DNA of 64,000 nucleotides from Pseudomonas aeruginosa PAO1 (GCF_000006765.1 NC_002516.2); one strand, 5' to 3'. Positions 1-13,688 are shown, numbered from the stretch's first letter. Made by a program: numbers and translations. The notes: generated by a model not told the origin, from the sequence alone.

Positions 1-1078
1 CTTTTTTCGCAATCCTCTGTCGAGAATCCCAGTTGGCAAACTCCGAATAGTCATGAACAGGTGCATTCATCAACTCTTCAAATTGAGCCTGGGTGATTCG
101 CATCTTCTTGCAGAAATATTCGATATCAAACTGCAGTTCATCTGCATCATATAGCGGCTCAGCCAGTTTAGCCTGAGCTTCGTCACGCGTCATTTGCCCA
201 GACAAAATCATGCTGGAGTAGTGCAGTTTGCGTTTATCATAGCCAAACTTGGTCGGTAGATAGTAGTTCTGGAAAAGCTTGGTGAAAATCGACTCTCCAT
301 GCTTTCGCGCGTAAGAACGATAGCCTATCGTTTCTTGAAGGAAGGTTTCAGCCTTGGCCTTATCATAGGCCATGAAATTCAACGGACGGACCGTTCTCAT
401 TCCTTTGACAAAGGGATACCAGAAATAGTACTCAAGAAAACTAATAGTCTTGTAGTCCCTTAGCGGACGCTCACCATATTTTTTGTGAATAGCCTTTAGG
501 TTTATTGCATCCATAGCGCTGCCGTGCCATGTATCTGGGAATACTGCCTCAGTGGCCAAATTACCACCACTCAGAATGTACTTAATATTATTCTTCACAG
601 CAAAGTGATACATACTAGCGAAGAAGGCATGATCTTGAGGCACATCCTGATTGGCGACAGCAGCTTTCATATAAGCCAACTGAAGATCACGAATTTCCTC
701 CCAGTTTATTACATGAGTATGTAAATCAAAACCGCAATATTTTACAATCTTTTCAATATTACTGACTGCAAGTTCGCTATTCCAGCCGGCGTCCACATGC
801 ACAACCAGTGGGCGCAAGCCAAGATCCTTGACCTTTACAGCAAGATAGGAACTATCTACGCCGCCACTAAGGCCAATGATGCAGTCATAATCCTTACCTG
901 AACCGTCCTTCTTGATCTGCCCAATTATCTTTTGAAGGCGCTGCTCACCACTAGCATCGGAAAACAGCTGCCGGGACTGAACATTGTCAAATTTATGGCA
1001 GTGATTACAGACTCCCGCCTCATCAAATACGATTTCAGCGTCAGATGTATCCATAACACAGCGCGAACAGATCTTCAT
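1..1078 (-). CDS. wbpG: N-acetyl sugar amidotransferase WbpG (5' part; runs off window start)
   Basis: Manual translation from ATG at 1078 (GAGG SD upstream): MKICSRCVMDTSDAEIVFDEAGVCNHC (CxxC..CxxC) and PP-loop GLSGGVDSSY. No stop seen before the window edge, which explains its absence from the ORF track. Confidence 0.9.
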   Translation of the reverse strand, partial: MKICSRCVMDTSDAEIVFDEAGVCNHCHKFDNVQSRQLFSDASGEQRLQKIIGQIKKDGSGKDYDCIIGLSGGVDSSYLAVKVKDLGLRPLVVHVDAGWNSELAVSNIEKIVKYCGFDLHTHVINWEEIRDLQLAYMKAAVANQDVPQDHAFFASMYHFAVKNNIKYILSGGNLATEAVFPDTWHGSAMDAINLKAIHKKYGERPLRDYKTISFLEYYFWYPFVKGMRTVRPLNFMAYDKAKAETFLQETIGYRSYARKHGESIFTKLFQNYYLPTKFGYDKRKLHYSSMILSGQMTRDEAQAKLAEPLYDADELQFDIEYFCKKMRITQAQFEELMNAPVHDYSEFANWDSRQRIAKK

Positions 1079-1215
1079 CACAACAACCTCCCGAAGCACT
1101 CACCTCGGCCTGCCTAATGGAACGCCCCACTGACAAACTCAAATTTAGTTCGACAATCTTGAAGCGCATATAGCGTTGCCAACAAGCGTCCTTGCCATAA
1201 ATAACTCAGCTCACT

Positions 1216-1971
1216 CTAACCGACGTCGAGCTTGTTGACATCCGGATAACTAATCAGTACCGCACGATGCTTGCCATGGAAAACGAATAGGCTTCCCGCC
1301 GCTACTGCCGACACACACGTACGCTCAAAAAGATCGATGAGGTCAGCGATGGAGCCAGCTCCACCACAGGCGATCACTGGCACATGGACGTTAGAAGCGA
1401 TATTTTCCACTAGAGCGTTGTCGAAGCCTTTCTGCACTCCATCTCGATCAATAGAATTTAGAAAAATCTCACCCACTCCAGCCTCTTCGAGCGCTTGCGC
1501 CCACTCCAATGGGGAGCGTTTCATGTCGCGCGTCCCATTCTCTGAGAACACGGAGTGTCCTCCCCAGAAACCCTTGCGGCAGTCGATAGAGCCAACTACG
1601 CTTTGCGAACCAAACTTATCGGCAATTCTTCGAATCAACGAAAGATCCATAAGAGCGGCGGTATTTATCGAAACTTTTTCGACACCTAGGGAAAAGATTT
1701 TTTCCGCATGCTCCAATGTCTTGATACCGCCCCCATAGCAAATAGGCATAAAACACTCACCAGCCACTTCCGCGATCAACTCATAGTTAGGCTCTTGATT
1801 GAGCCTGGAAGCATCTATATCCAGCAAAATCAGTTCGTCGACTTCTTTCTCATTGAAGATGCGTATTGCGTTGATCGGGTCTCCAACGTACTTGGGCTCC
1901 TTGAACTTCACGGTTTTCACTAGACCGCGATCCTTGAGCAGCAAGCATGGGATAACGCGCCTCCGGACCAT
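1216..1971 (-). CDS. hisF2: HisF-like cyclase subunit of the O-antigen cluster
   Basis: 251 aa HisF fold (RVIPCL, YVGDP, SIDRDG, ACGGAG) inside the wbp cluster. Confidence 0.95.
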   Translation of the reverse strand: MVRRRVIPCLLLKDRGLVKTVKFKEPKYVGDPINAIRIFNEKEVDELILLDIDASRLNQEPNYELIAEVAGECFMPICYGGGIKTLEHAEKIFSLGVEKVSINTAALMDLSLIRRIADKFGSQSVVGSIDCRKGFWGGHSVFSENGTRDMKRSPLEWAQALEEAGVGEIFLNSIDRDGVQKGFDNALVENIASNVHVPVIACGGAGSIADLIDLFERTCVSAVAAGSLFVFHGKHRAVLISYPDVNKLDVG

Positions 1972-2579
1972 CAGACAAGCTCCACGAAGTTTTTGAATAA
2001 CTGCATACCGAATTTATGACTCTTCTCAGGATGAAACTGAAATCCGAAAACATTATCCCGAGCCACCGCCGCAGTGAATTTTTGCCCATAATTACAACTC
2101 AACAGGATATCGTCTGGGTCTTTCGGAACCATATAATAACTATGAACAAAATAGAATCGGCTTTGCTCGTTTATACCGCTAAGTATAGGATGCTCCAATT
2201 GCGGGGACACTTGATTCCAGCCCATATGTGGAACCTTTCGGTCGTCACGCCTTTCGAAACGGACGCTATCCATATCGATCCATCCAAGCCCCGGTTCCGC
2301 TCCCTCCTCAGATCGCAGCCCCAGCATCTGACTCCCGAGACACACCCCCATGACCGGCTTTCGTTTGATCATGACCTGCTCTGTCAGTACATCCACCAGC
2401 CCACTCTTGCGTAGTGTTTGCATTCCGGCGTCAAAAGCACCGACACCAGGCAAAATCAGTTTCTCCGCCTGCTCGATATCCTCTCGGCTATCGGATGCCT
2501 TGGCTTTGGCACCAACTCGCTTCAGCATGTTCAAGACTGAAGCAATGTTACCTACACCGTAATCAATAACAACGATCAC
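1971..2579 (-). CDS. hisH2: HisH-like class I glutamine amidotransferase
   Basis: GTG start at 2579 overlapping wzx stop (GTGA); IDYGVGN, GVCLGSQ, FQFHPEKS triad; 202 aa. Confidence 0.95.
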   Translation of the reverse strand: MIVVIDYGVGNIASVLNMLKRVGAKAKASDSREDIEQAEKLILPGVGAFDAGMQTLRKSGLVDVLTEQVMIKRKPVMGVCLGSQMLGLRSEEGAEPGLGWIDMDSVRFERRDDRKVPHMGWNQVSPQLEHPILSGINEQSRFYFVHSYYMVPKDPDDILLSCNYGQKFTAAVARDNVFGFQFHPEKSHKFGMQLFKNFVELV

Positions 2580-3811
2580 TTGGCATCTCCCTTGGCACAC
2601 TGGAAGGACATCCAGAAATAGACAAAATACATAACAGCATATGCTATGGAGTAAAACCACAACACCGAGTCGACAGAGTCAGGCAAGGTAAAACAGATAA
2701 ACGTCAGGAGCAACAAGGCTAGCTGCCACAACAAATCCATACTCTGCCGCTGGGCAATATAGATTGTATAGCTGAGCGGACTCACCACGAAACGCATATA
2801 AAACAACGGAACCATCAATACAGCATAACGCCCCGACTCAGCCCACGCTTCGCCAAAGACTAACCCAAAGGCCCACTCGCCAATGAACCAAAATATAATA
2901 AAAGGAGGTAGCGCGAGGACGGCAAGCAACCTGAAAGTCTTGAGGAAGATACCTCGGCAATTACCAAACTCTCGGTAGTCACGAGCGGCTTGTTCTTTGA
3001 ACACATCGAGCACCGAAGCAGCCAACAAGGAAATGGGAGCTCCCATTATCTTCAGAGTCAGGGCAAACCAGCCTGCACTGTCTCCACCAAACTTTGCCGC
3101 CAATAAAATCACAGGCACCTGACTGGCAACCGTGTTGACCAGATCCGCAGGCAGAGAAAACTTCGGGAAATTGATGTACTGTACCGCTACTTGTCGTACC
3201 ATACGCCACGGTGTCTCGATACAATTTAAAATCAGCGACTTTCCTACCCAAAGGGCCGCAAGCGCCGTGGCTACGACGACACCAAACAGCTGGCCATAGA
3301 TCAGCCCTGATACGCCCTCCAGTAAATATGCAGCTGAAACTTGTGCAACGGCAATACATGCAGCCAGGCTTACACGAGCAACTCCCAACCGATTAAAAGA
3401 TTGTTGAAATGTAAGTAACGACAAGACTAGCTTATTTATCCCCAACCCCAGCGAAGCCACCGCCAATGCGAACCAGTATTCACCGATCACAACTGGCATC
3501 GACTCAATCAGATGTCTACCTATAACAACAGCAATCGCCACGGCAACGAAAATCAATAGTGTCAACTGAAGTATCAGCTTGACGATTGCCTGGAGTTCGC
3601 CCTCTTCTCGAGTCGAAAAAATAGCCAACTCATAGCGCCCAGTAACTACAACTGCAAAAATCGTAGCGAACGATAGCCAAACACTGAAAGCGCCCATTTC
3701 AGCAGGAGAATACAGACGAACCAGTAGCAGAGTGACACCAATCGTTATGAGCTGTGCTCCCAAGGTGCCTACTAATACTCGTGCGACACGGTTGATAAAA
3801 GCCGCACTCAT
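2576..3811 (-). CDS. wzx: O-antigen flippase
   Basis: 411 aa multi-TM PST/MOP-type protein; position in the cluster. Confidence 0.9.
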
Positions 3812-5124
3812 AGAGTTTTTCCTAAAGACATCTTGAGTGGAAAAGAAATTAGCGCAAGGAAAAGCAGCATCAAGAAAACACCAGAGCCAAGCATTACAGT
3901 TAGCAGGGACTGCTCAAGAATCTTTGTAGTAAATAACAAAGCAACCGGAATGGCCATGAATGCACCATACCTCGAAAATAAGAAATTCATGAGAACGACA
4001 CTACCGCCCACCAACATCGACTCAGCCATAACCCCCACATAACCCAACTGCATATAGGCTATCGCGAAGAAGTTTACATTCGCATTCATATCGGGATTAT
4101 TGAAAATTTCCGTCCCCAGACGAAAGCTCAACGGCTCAGTCCTACCCTGACCCAAGAGCGCGCCCAACAGGGTATCCCTGTAATAATTGGATCCGAACTG
4201 AGACACAAACTGATCAACTGCCCCCAACAGGGTGGAAGGCACAATAAAAGCACGACGTAGAAAATAATCATTCAAGAATGAATAGCCAAACACCTCATGT
4301 TCCAACGCCCCTAAAAGCAAAAGCATCAATAGTGCGCAGACAACCCAAGACACTCTGACCTGACCGAATCGTCGAAAATAAACCATCAGGCCATAAATTA
4401 GAAACAACACGACAAAAGGATACTTCTGTCCAAACGCTCCCCACAGCACTAGTGCATTGACAATACCCAGGACCAAGTAGAACCATTGTCGTCTGTAGAC
4501 CCCCCAGGCAAACAACACAGGAAAGAATGCCTGGGTACCGATTGACGACAAGTAGCCGTTTGCAGAACCCGCAGCAAAAACCTCACGAGCAAGTGCACGG
4601 CGAGCATACTGCCCAGCAAAGTCAAAGGAAAAATAACCAGCGCTTTTAAAGAAAATAAACACAAGCACTACTATGTTGAGTACTGACAGTAGCACTAACA
4701 TTCGCCTTCCTTGGTTTTCTCGCTGCAATGCACCTAGCGGATGGAATCTTATCTTATTGACAATGCCGATGATCAAAATACCAAAAGCAATTGCCAGAGG
4801 CACGCCAGCCCATGGTTGCGCATCCGGAGAATATTGATTAGCTCCATTAAGAACCAATGAATGAGGAACAAGTATTACAACTAATAATGTAACTAACAGA
4901 TCACCTGGCCTGCGAATTGCCCCTCCACACAACAGGGCACAGATGAGCGCCAAGACCATCAAGTACGGATACAAGCCGAAGTCGACAGTTTTTTTCGCAG
5001 ACCCCATATAATCATAGAGATGATAGATATAATTATTATTCACCCACACTGTCGCTGAAAAGAAAGCAAACAGTAACACTGTGTTCAGCAGAATAGACCT
5101 GTCGACTCGAGCAAGTATATACAT
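3808..5124 (-). CDS. wzy: O-antigen polymerase
   Basis: 438 aa polytopic membrane protein with two RX10G tracts ([24 protein letters not shown]). Confidence 0.9.
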
Positions 5125-5127
5125 CCG

Positions 5128-6207
5128 TCAATTCGTCAACGCAGCACAGATGATTTTGATGGATGCCGTATCCAGATAGGGATGCATGGGTAGGCTCATT
5201 ACTTGAGTAGCAGCCTTGTCACCCACTGGTAGTTTCGCTTTCTCATCCGCAACAGCAGGCTGCTTATTAAGCGGAATAGGGTAATGCACAGCAGTTGGAA
5301 CCCCGGCAGCTTTCAAAGAAGCCTGAACAGACTCTCGATTATCCATACGCACCGTATACTGGGCATAAACACTGATGTTATTCACTTCAATAAACGGCGT
5401 GCCGATACCGACCTGTTTCAGTGATAGGTCATACTCCGCGGCTACCTTCTGGCGCAACGCAATCTCCTCCTCGAAAATTTCAAGCTTCGGTAGAAGAATC
5501 GCAGCCTGCAATGTGTCCAACCGACTATTCACCCCCACACGAATGTGATGATAGCGGCGGTCCTGACCATGCCGGGCAATTTGACGAATAGCAGTAGCCA
5601 GTTCATCGTCGTTAGTGAAGATCGCTCCACCATCCCCATAGCAACCCAACGGTTTGCTCGGGAAGAAGCTGGTGCAGGCAACGGTACTCAGATTACAAGA
5701 ACGCTTACCCTTGTACGAAGCACCGAAGCTCTGTGCAGCATCCTCAATGACAGGGATACCATATTTGGAGGCAATGGCGTTGATTGCATCGAAGTCTGCA
5801 CACTGGCCATACAGCGAAACAGGAATGATAGCCTTCGTACGCGGTGTGATCGCAGCCTCCAGCAACTGCGGATCAAGATTGTAGGTGCGTGGATCAATAT
5901 CCACGTAAACCGGCTTGGCTCCCAAAAGCGCGACGGTCTCCGCTGTCGCAACATAAGTAAAACCAGGGGTGATTACTTCGTCACCTGGGCCAACACCCAA
6001 GGCCATCTGCACAATCTGTAGAGCGTCAGTACCGTTGGCGCAACTGATGCAGTACTTAGCGCCGACGAAATCGGCGAGGCGATCCTCAAGCTCAGTGACT
6101 TCCGGGCCAAGAATGTACTGCCCGTGTCTCAGCACGCGCTGGATACCGGCATCGATCTTGTCCTTGATACGCGCTTGCTGGTTCTTCAGGTCGATGAATT
6201 CAATCAT
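5128..6207 (-). CDS. wbpE: UDP-2-acetamido-2-deoxy-3-oxo-glucuronate aminotransferase (DegT family)
   Basis: PLP motifs IEDAAQS and SFFPSKPLGCYGDGG; ATG at 6207 gives 359 aa. Confidence 0.95.
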   Translation of the reverse strand: MIEFIDLKNQQARIKDKIDAGIQRVLRHGQYILGPEVTELEDRLADFVGAKYCISCANGTDALQIVQMALGVGPGDEVITPGFTYVATAETVALLGAKPVYVDIDPRTYNLDPQLLEAAITPRTKAIIPVSLYGQCADFDAINAIASKYGIPVIEDAAQSFGASYKGKRSCNLSTVACTSFFPSKPLGCYGDGGAIFTNDDELATAIRQIARHGQDRRYHHIRVGVNSRLDTLQAAILLPKLEIFEEEIALRQKVAAEYDLSLKQVGIGTPFIEVNNISVYAQYTVRMDNRESVQASLKAAGVPTAVHYPIPLNKQPAVADEKAKLPVGDKAATQVMSLPMHPYLDTASIKIICAALTN

Positions 6208-6209
6208 GG

Positions 6210-6785
6210 TCACACGTCCACCTTGCTCAGGATCTTTCCATTGAGTACATAGCGCGCACCGGAGTGTGAGCAGACAGCTTCGCCCTGCTCGTTCAGCTGC
6301 AGCTGCTCACCGAATTCGCTCATCCAACCAATCTGTCGAGCGGGCACGCCTACCATCAGGGCATAAGATGGAACATTCTTGTTAATGACCGCACCCGCAC
6401 CCACGAAGGCATATTCACCAATAGTCACGCCACAGACGATAGTGCAGTTGGCACCAAGCGTGGCACCTTTTTTTACCAACGTGTTACGGTACTGATCCTT
6501 GCGCTCGATCAACGAGCGGGGGTTGTAAACGTTGGTAAATACCATGCTCGGCCCGCAGAACACGCCCTCTTCGAGAGTGACATTGTCATATACCGACACG
6601 TTGTTCTGGATCTTGCAGCGATCACCAATAACGACCTTGTTGCCGACGAATACGTTCTGACCCAACGAAACCCCTGCGCCAATCCGGGCACCTGCACAGA
6701 TGTGCACGAAGTGCCAAACTCGGGAGTCGCTACCGATCTGCGCACCGTCGTCGACGATCGCGCTGGGGTGCTGATAATAACTCAT
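6210..6785 (-). CDS. wbpD: Hexapeptide-repeat N-acetyltransferase
   Basis: 191 aa left-handed beta-helix repeats; [10 protein letters not shown]. Confidence 0.95.
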
Positions 6786-8671
6786 GGCTTGAGACTCACA
6801 CTCGATTGTGGTTGTTCAAACAGCCGCTGCAATTGACGGCTCGCGAAATATCCATAGCGGCGAGCCCCCACCTCGTTAAGGTGATGGCTATCCTGGTAAA
6901 TAAGCTCTCCGTCCTGATAAGGAGCATCGGCGAAGAAGGCGCTGGTAGAAAAATCCATGAACCGTACGTTTGGAATACCCTCGGCTAGAGCACGCAACAG
7001 CTGGTTCGCACCTTGCCAGCTGGAGCTAACAAGCGGAGCTGACAAACCCAGCTCCCTGAAACGACGCACACGCTGCACGTTTGATTCGAACATCGGTATC
7101 TGCCCGAGTAGAACGACCTGCTTGCCGGCATAGCTGGTATCGACAAGGAAGGCACGCATAGCCTGGGCAAATGCCGGACTCTGCATCTGATACTGCCACA
7201 TGCCCGCCACAATGATCTTGTCAAAGTTCAACATTGATTGGGCAACTGCATCAATCTGCGCTTGGCAGGGTTTCCGCGCCCAACGGGGCAAACGTTCAAG
7301 ATCGAAAGCAGGTATAGGCACACAACTGCTTCCGGTGAGTACTCGGTAAGCCACACCTGACTCGTTGCCAACCACGTCGAAGAAGTAGTTAAGCTGCGCA
7401 GCATGGCTATCACCGATCACCAGCACACGGGGTACGGCATTGACGCTGCCTCGCTTGCACTCCCCTACCTGAACACCATGGCAGATCGACTCTGGTACAG
7501 CGTAGCGCGTCAACTGAATTGGCGCCGGCGCCACAACCAACACATTGAACTGCGCCCCCCCCGTAACCACTATAGCTACCACACTGGCGGCCAACATCCA
7601 CTTCAGCGCCTGCTGGCGCAGACCCACAGCCTTTCTGGCAGGTGTCTCGATGTAGCGGTATGAGAACCAGGCCAGCAGGAACGAACCTGTGAGAAATGCC
7701 AACAGCGCCACGAAGCTCAATTCGTATTGGCCGGTGTAGTAACGGATGAATGCCAGAATTGGCCAGTGCCACAGATACAACGAATAGGAGATACCACCTA
7801 TCCAGACCATGGGCCTGCTGGCCAGCAGCAGGCTGGCAGGGCCACGTCGGGCAGCAATGAGCAGAGCGGCTCCCAGGCATGGCAGGAGCGACCAGAATCC
7901 GGGAAAGTGCTGCTTGTCGATGATAATGAAGGAGCAGACCAGCAACGCCGCCCCCAATAACCCCGCAAGTATCGCAAGCCTGGCGGGTAGCTCACGATCA
8001 CGTAATGATAATGCGACAACAGCTCCCGACATGAACTCAGGTACACGAGCTAGCAAGGCGAAGTACTGAGCATCTTGGCTGCCGCTGAATACGCAATAGC
8101 CACTCCAAATGAACAGCAAAATAGCTAATAGGATGAACACCGGCAAGCGCCATCGACATGGCAGGCACATGAACAGTACAGGGTAGAACAGATAAAACTG
8201 CATCTCGATGGCCAACGACCAAGTATGCAGCAGCGGCAGCTCTTCAGCTCTCGGAGCAAAGTAACTACCAAAATTAGCGAAATAGTGATTACTGGAAAAA
8301 AATACAGATGACTGTAGACTTTTTTCAAAAAAAACATAGTCATCAGGCAGAAACAGAATTGTCGAGACAATGCAGACAATCGCCAACATGACGAAATAGG
8401 CTGGAAAAATACGTTTGATACGGCCCGCGTAAAACTCTACCAGATCAACTTTTACACCGCGCTCGACCAGTAAGGCGGTAATGATAAACCCGGAAATGAC
8501 GAAGAACACGTCAACGCCGACAAACCCAGCCCTGAGCCAGGCACTGTTGGCGTGGTAAGCTAGCACAGCCAGAACTGCAACAGCCCGCAGCCCCTGGACA
8601 TCCAGCCGAATGTTTCTGCCTGAACTTACCGCGACCATACCGTTCAGCAATTTAGAGCTACTAGATGACAT
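6782..8671 (-). CDS. wbpC: OafA-type acyltransferase-3 + SGNH O-acetyltransferase
   Basis: AT3 motifs [40 protein letters not shown]; SGNH motifs GDSH and DSHH; 629 aa. Confidence 0.9.
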
Positions 8672-8739
8672 GCTGATGAATGATCCTGCGGAAACCTGCT
8701 GTAAACAGGTGACCGAGGACGGCCACCTCCTTTTCTACC

Positions 8740-11074
<2,335 letters not shown>

Positions 11075-11880
11075 TTTCCAACTCACCTCAATTTTACCTG
11101 CCCGCGCCTGCGACCGCACAACGGGAACTTAAATCTTCCACGATTCATTCGTCAGTCGAGTGAATCCTTTCTGCGACCACTCTCGACATCTTCACAAGAT
11201 CGATAAAGAAGGGATACTGTCGCTTTCCACAGCACCTGGCGGCAATGGCCAAAAATGAAGGGCGTCGTAATCATAGGCGCTAGGGAACCTCCGAGCAAGT
11301 TGGCTTTTGCCGTGCAGAACGGCACTCTGGTCCACCCATGCCCTTCCGGACCACAATGCTAACTCGCTTTCGAGCAGGCCTTCAGCCTGCCCAGCTCACG
11401 CAGGCTCCTATACATTTTGCGCCTCCACAGACCTGGTAACCGCCCTGGACTGCCAGTCAAGCCGAGCTTATCAGCATCCACGAAACCGGTTTTCGCACGA
11501 TCCAGTTGACACCCGAAGACCCGACTCGACCCTGACCAAGCCTGCGCCGTATTAAGCACAGTCCTGTAAATCACCCCGCGATTGCCGAGCTTCGAATACG
11601 GCTACGACACGTAACGACCTGCCAGGCAACTTGGCATCTTCTCGCACACCCGACACCAGGAACCAGACACCACCGCAACAGACGTCACATACCCACAACC
11701 ACAGCTCAACTGTTAACCTCTGCGTTCAAGGAGCCAAGGCACAGGAGACAGAGCTGAGGAAACACCGCATGGAAACGTTCTCACCCCTCAGCAATCGAGC
11801 CACCCAACGAAAACCTACTCCACAAAATTACTCGACCAAAGTACGTGCAACGCATCACCACTTCAATAACTAGCTCTTTC

Positions 11881-12927
11881 CTAACGAGCATACTTCTTCA
11901 AAAAAATCCGGCACAACGCCAGAAAACCACCAAGCACACCACCAATTATCAACCCAAAAATCAAAATCATCGCTCTCCTTGGACGAACTGGTGAGTCCGG
12001 CGTTTCTATCGGACCGTCTTGTCGAAAAACAGAAACCCGCTCCGAATTAACACGCAAGCTACTCAGCAATAACTGCTGCTCCTGAAGAGTACGCAACGCC
12101 GGAATAAAAGGATCATCAGAGCTACGCGCCTCCAATGTCTGAATCTCGGCCATAATCGCCTTACTGCCACGCATATACATCAGACTTCCATTCATGATAG
12201 CCGAGAGCTCCTCAGAGGATTGCCCACTGATCAGTGGAGGCTCCTCCAATTTCAGCGCACCTGCGACCTTCAACGCCTCCTTGAGCTGAACAATACGATC
12301 TTCACGTCTTGCCTTGGCATTCTCTCGCAAGTTCTGTATGCGCTGCTCAATATCTCGAGCCTTGACCTCAATCTCGCGATGCGCATTGTTCAACATTTCC
12401 TGAATAGAAATCTCGGCCGCATCAGCTATATACCGACGAACCCAACTCGCCGCACGCTCCGGATCCTCCTGTTCAATCGCAACAAGATAACGACCCGGAA
12501 AGTCTTTCCCCGGCAAACTAATACTTATCTGATCAGTGAACCTTTTATAGAGCGCATCACGCGAAACCGAACGAAGCTCTTCATCCAAAGAAGGCAAATA
12601 GGTCTCATTGAAAAAACGATGACGAGTTCCATCAGCCTGCAGGTTGCGAACAAAAACAGAGTACACATCCTGGACCTTGAAGGGACCAAGCCCGGTTTCC
12701 CTGGTACGTCCCTGATTGAAACCTGCCACATCACTCAACGACGGAGGCAAAATCGCTATGCGGGCCTCATAGACAGGAGTACTGAGAAAAGCGTAGATAG
12801 CTGCAAACAAAATACCTAGCAAAGAAAATATAAGAACTATCCACTTCTCCTCCCATAATCCTCGAACCAGCTCAACCAGATCGATATCGCCAGCTACACC
12901 GCCGTGCTTTTGTATTTCGTCAGTCAT
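11881..12927 (-). CDS. wzz: O-antigen chain length regulator
   Basis: 348 aa; N-terminal TM, coiled periplasmic domain, PVRP + Gly-rich C-terminal TM. Confidence 0.95.
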   Translation of the reverse strand: MTDEIQKHGGVAGDIDLVELVRGLWEEKWIVLIFSLLGILFAAIYAFLSTPVYEARIAILPPSLSDVAGFNQGRTRETGLGPFKVQDVYSVFVRNLQADGTRHRFFNETYLPSLDEELRSVSRDALYKRFTDQISISLPGKDFPGRYLVAIEQEDPERAASWVRRYIADAAEISIQEMLNNAHREIEVKARDIEQRIQNLRENAKARREDRIVQLKEALKVAGALKLEEPPLISGQSSEELSAIMNGSLMYMRGSKAIMAEIQTLEARSSDDPFIPALRTLQEQQLLLSSLRVNSERVSVFRQDGPIETPDSPVRPRRAMILIFGLIIGGVLGGFLALCRIFLKKYAR

Positions 12928-13361
12928 CGAAAAGTCCAGCTACTCTTCCGGCCAATCATTGAAAACCAATTATAATTAGCCAATTTTTAATTAGAAGTTT
13001 TACACACTAGCAAGGGAAAGACAGAGCGCCCAGAAGACACATTACCGACAGCGAACTCAACAGGATGAATTACGTGCAAGCAATACATGAAACTCTCCGC
13101 CAAAAGCCTCAATGCATCTTGACCATCAGAAACGAAAGTAGTTCCATAAAAGCTTGACCTTTGGCGAAGACCAACCGGGAGCGACACGATGCCATGAACC
13201 AAGCCTCCATCTACAGACTCCAGCCAAACCAGTAAGACATGGTAACTCAGCACCCCCTCTAACAGGACACCCATCCCACCCGACCTTCCAAGCATTGTGT
13301 AGTCATCTAGATGCGAATAGCACTCGAGCCCACAAAGACCAGGCAGGGACTCGAGCAGACC

Positions 13362-13658
13362 TCACCGCAGGGCGGTAGACTGAGATACTGCGAGTTCTTT
13401 TCGAGTACGAGACAGATCAGATCTTGCAGATCTGAGACGCACTTTGGCACGAGCCAGAAGAGGCACGCTGATCAACATACCAATAATACCGCCAGCAATA
13501 AATGCTAACGCAACATAAAGGACCACAGGTAAATCTGGCGTGGCAAGACCAAAGAGTTCAAAGCTGACGCTTTGCCGGTTCTCCAAAGCAACCACAATCA
13601 TGAAAAGGGCGACAACTAACAGCCCCACCGCCATTAACGTACGCTTGACCCAAAGCAT
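13362..13658 (-). CDS. LapA-family (DUF1049) small membrane protein
   Basis: 98 aa, GGAG SD, TM - ENRQSVSFELFG..PDLP - TM (LAFIAGGIIG) - basic helix; starts 30 nt after ihfB stop, the usual lapA position. Confidence 0.75.
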   Translation of the reverse strand: MLWVKRTLMAVGLLVVALFMIVVALENRQSVSFELFGLATPDLPVVLYVALAFIAGGIIGMLISVPLLARAKVRLRSARSDLSRTRKELAVSQSTALR

Positions 13659-13688
13659 GGCAACTCCAACATCTGAACAAGGCAGAGA

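Noticed and set aside
524-1117. Short plus-strand ORFs 524-724 and 932-1117
   Set aside because: Antisense to wbpG, which is the real gene here.
11359-11574. 71-aa minus ORF in the wzz-wbpA gap, considered as an IS/transposase fragment
   Set aside because: No DDE or HTH motif, terminal inverted repeats or target duplication found.
12987-13295. 102-aa ORF between lapA-like gene and wzz, considered as a lapB remnant
   Set aside because: No LapB N-terminal anchor, TPR or rubredoxin motif; no clear SD.
13371-13378. GGCGGTAG (ops/JUMPStart core)
   Set aside because: On the strand opposite to O-antigen transcription, inside a CDS, and without the rest of JUMPStart.
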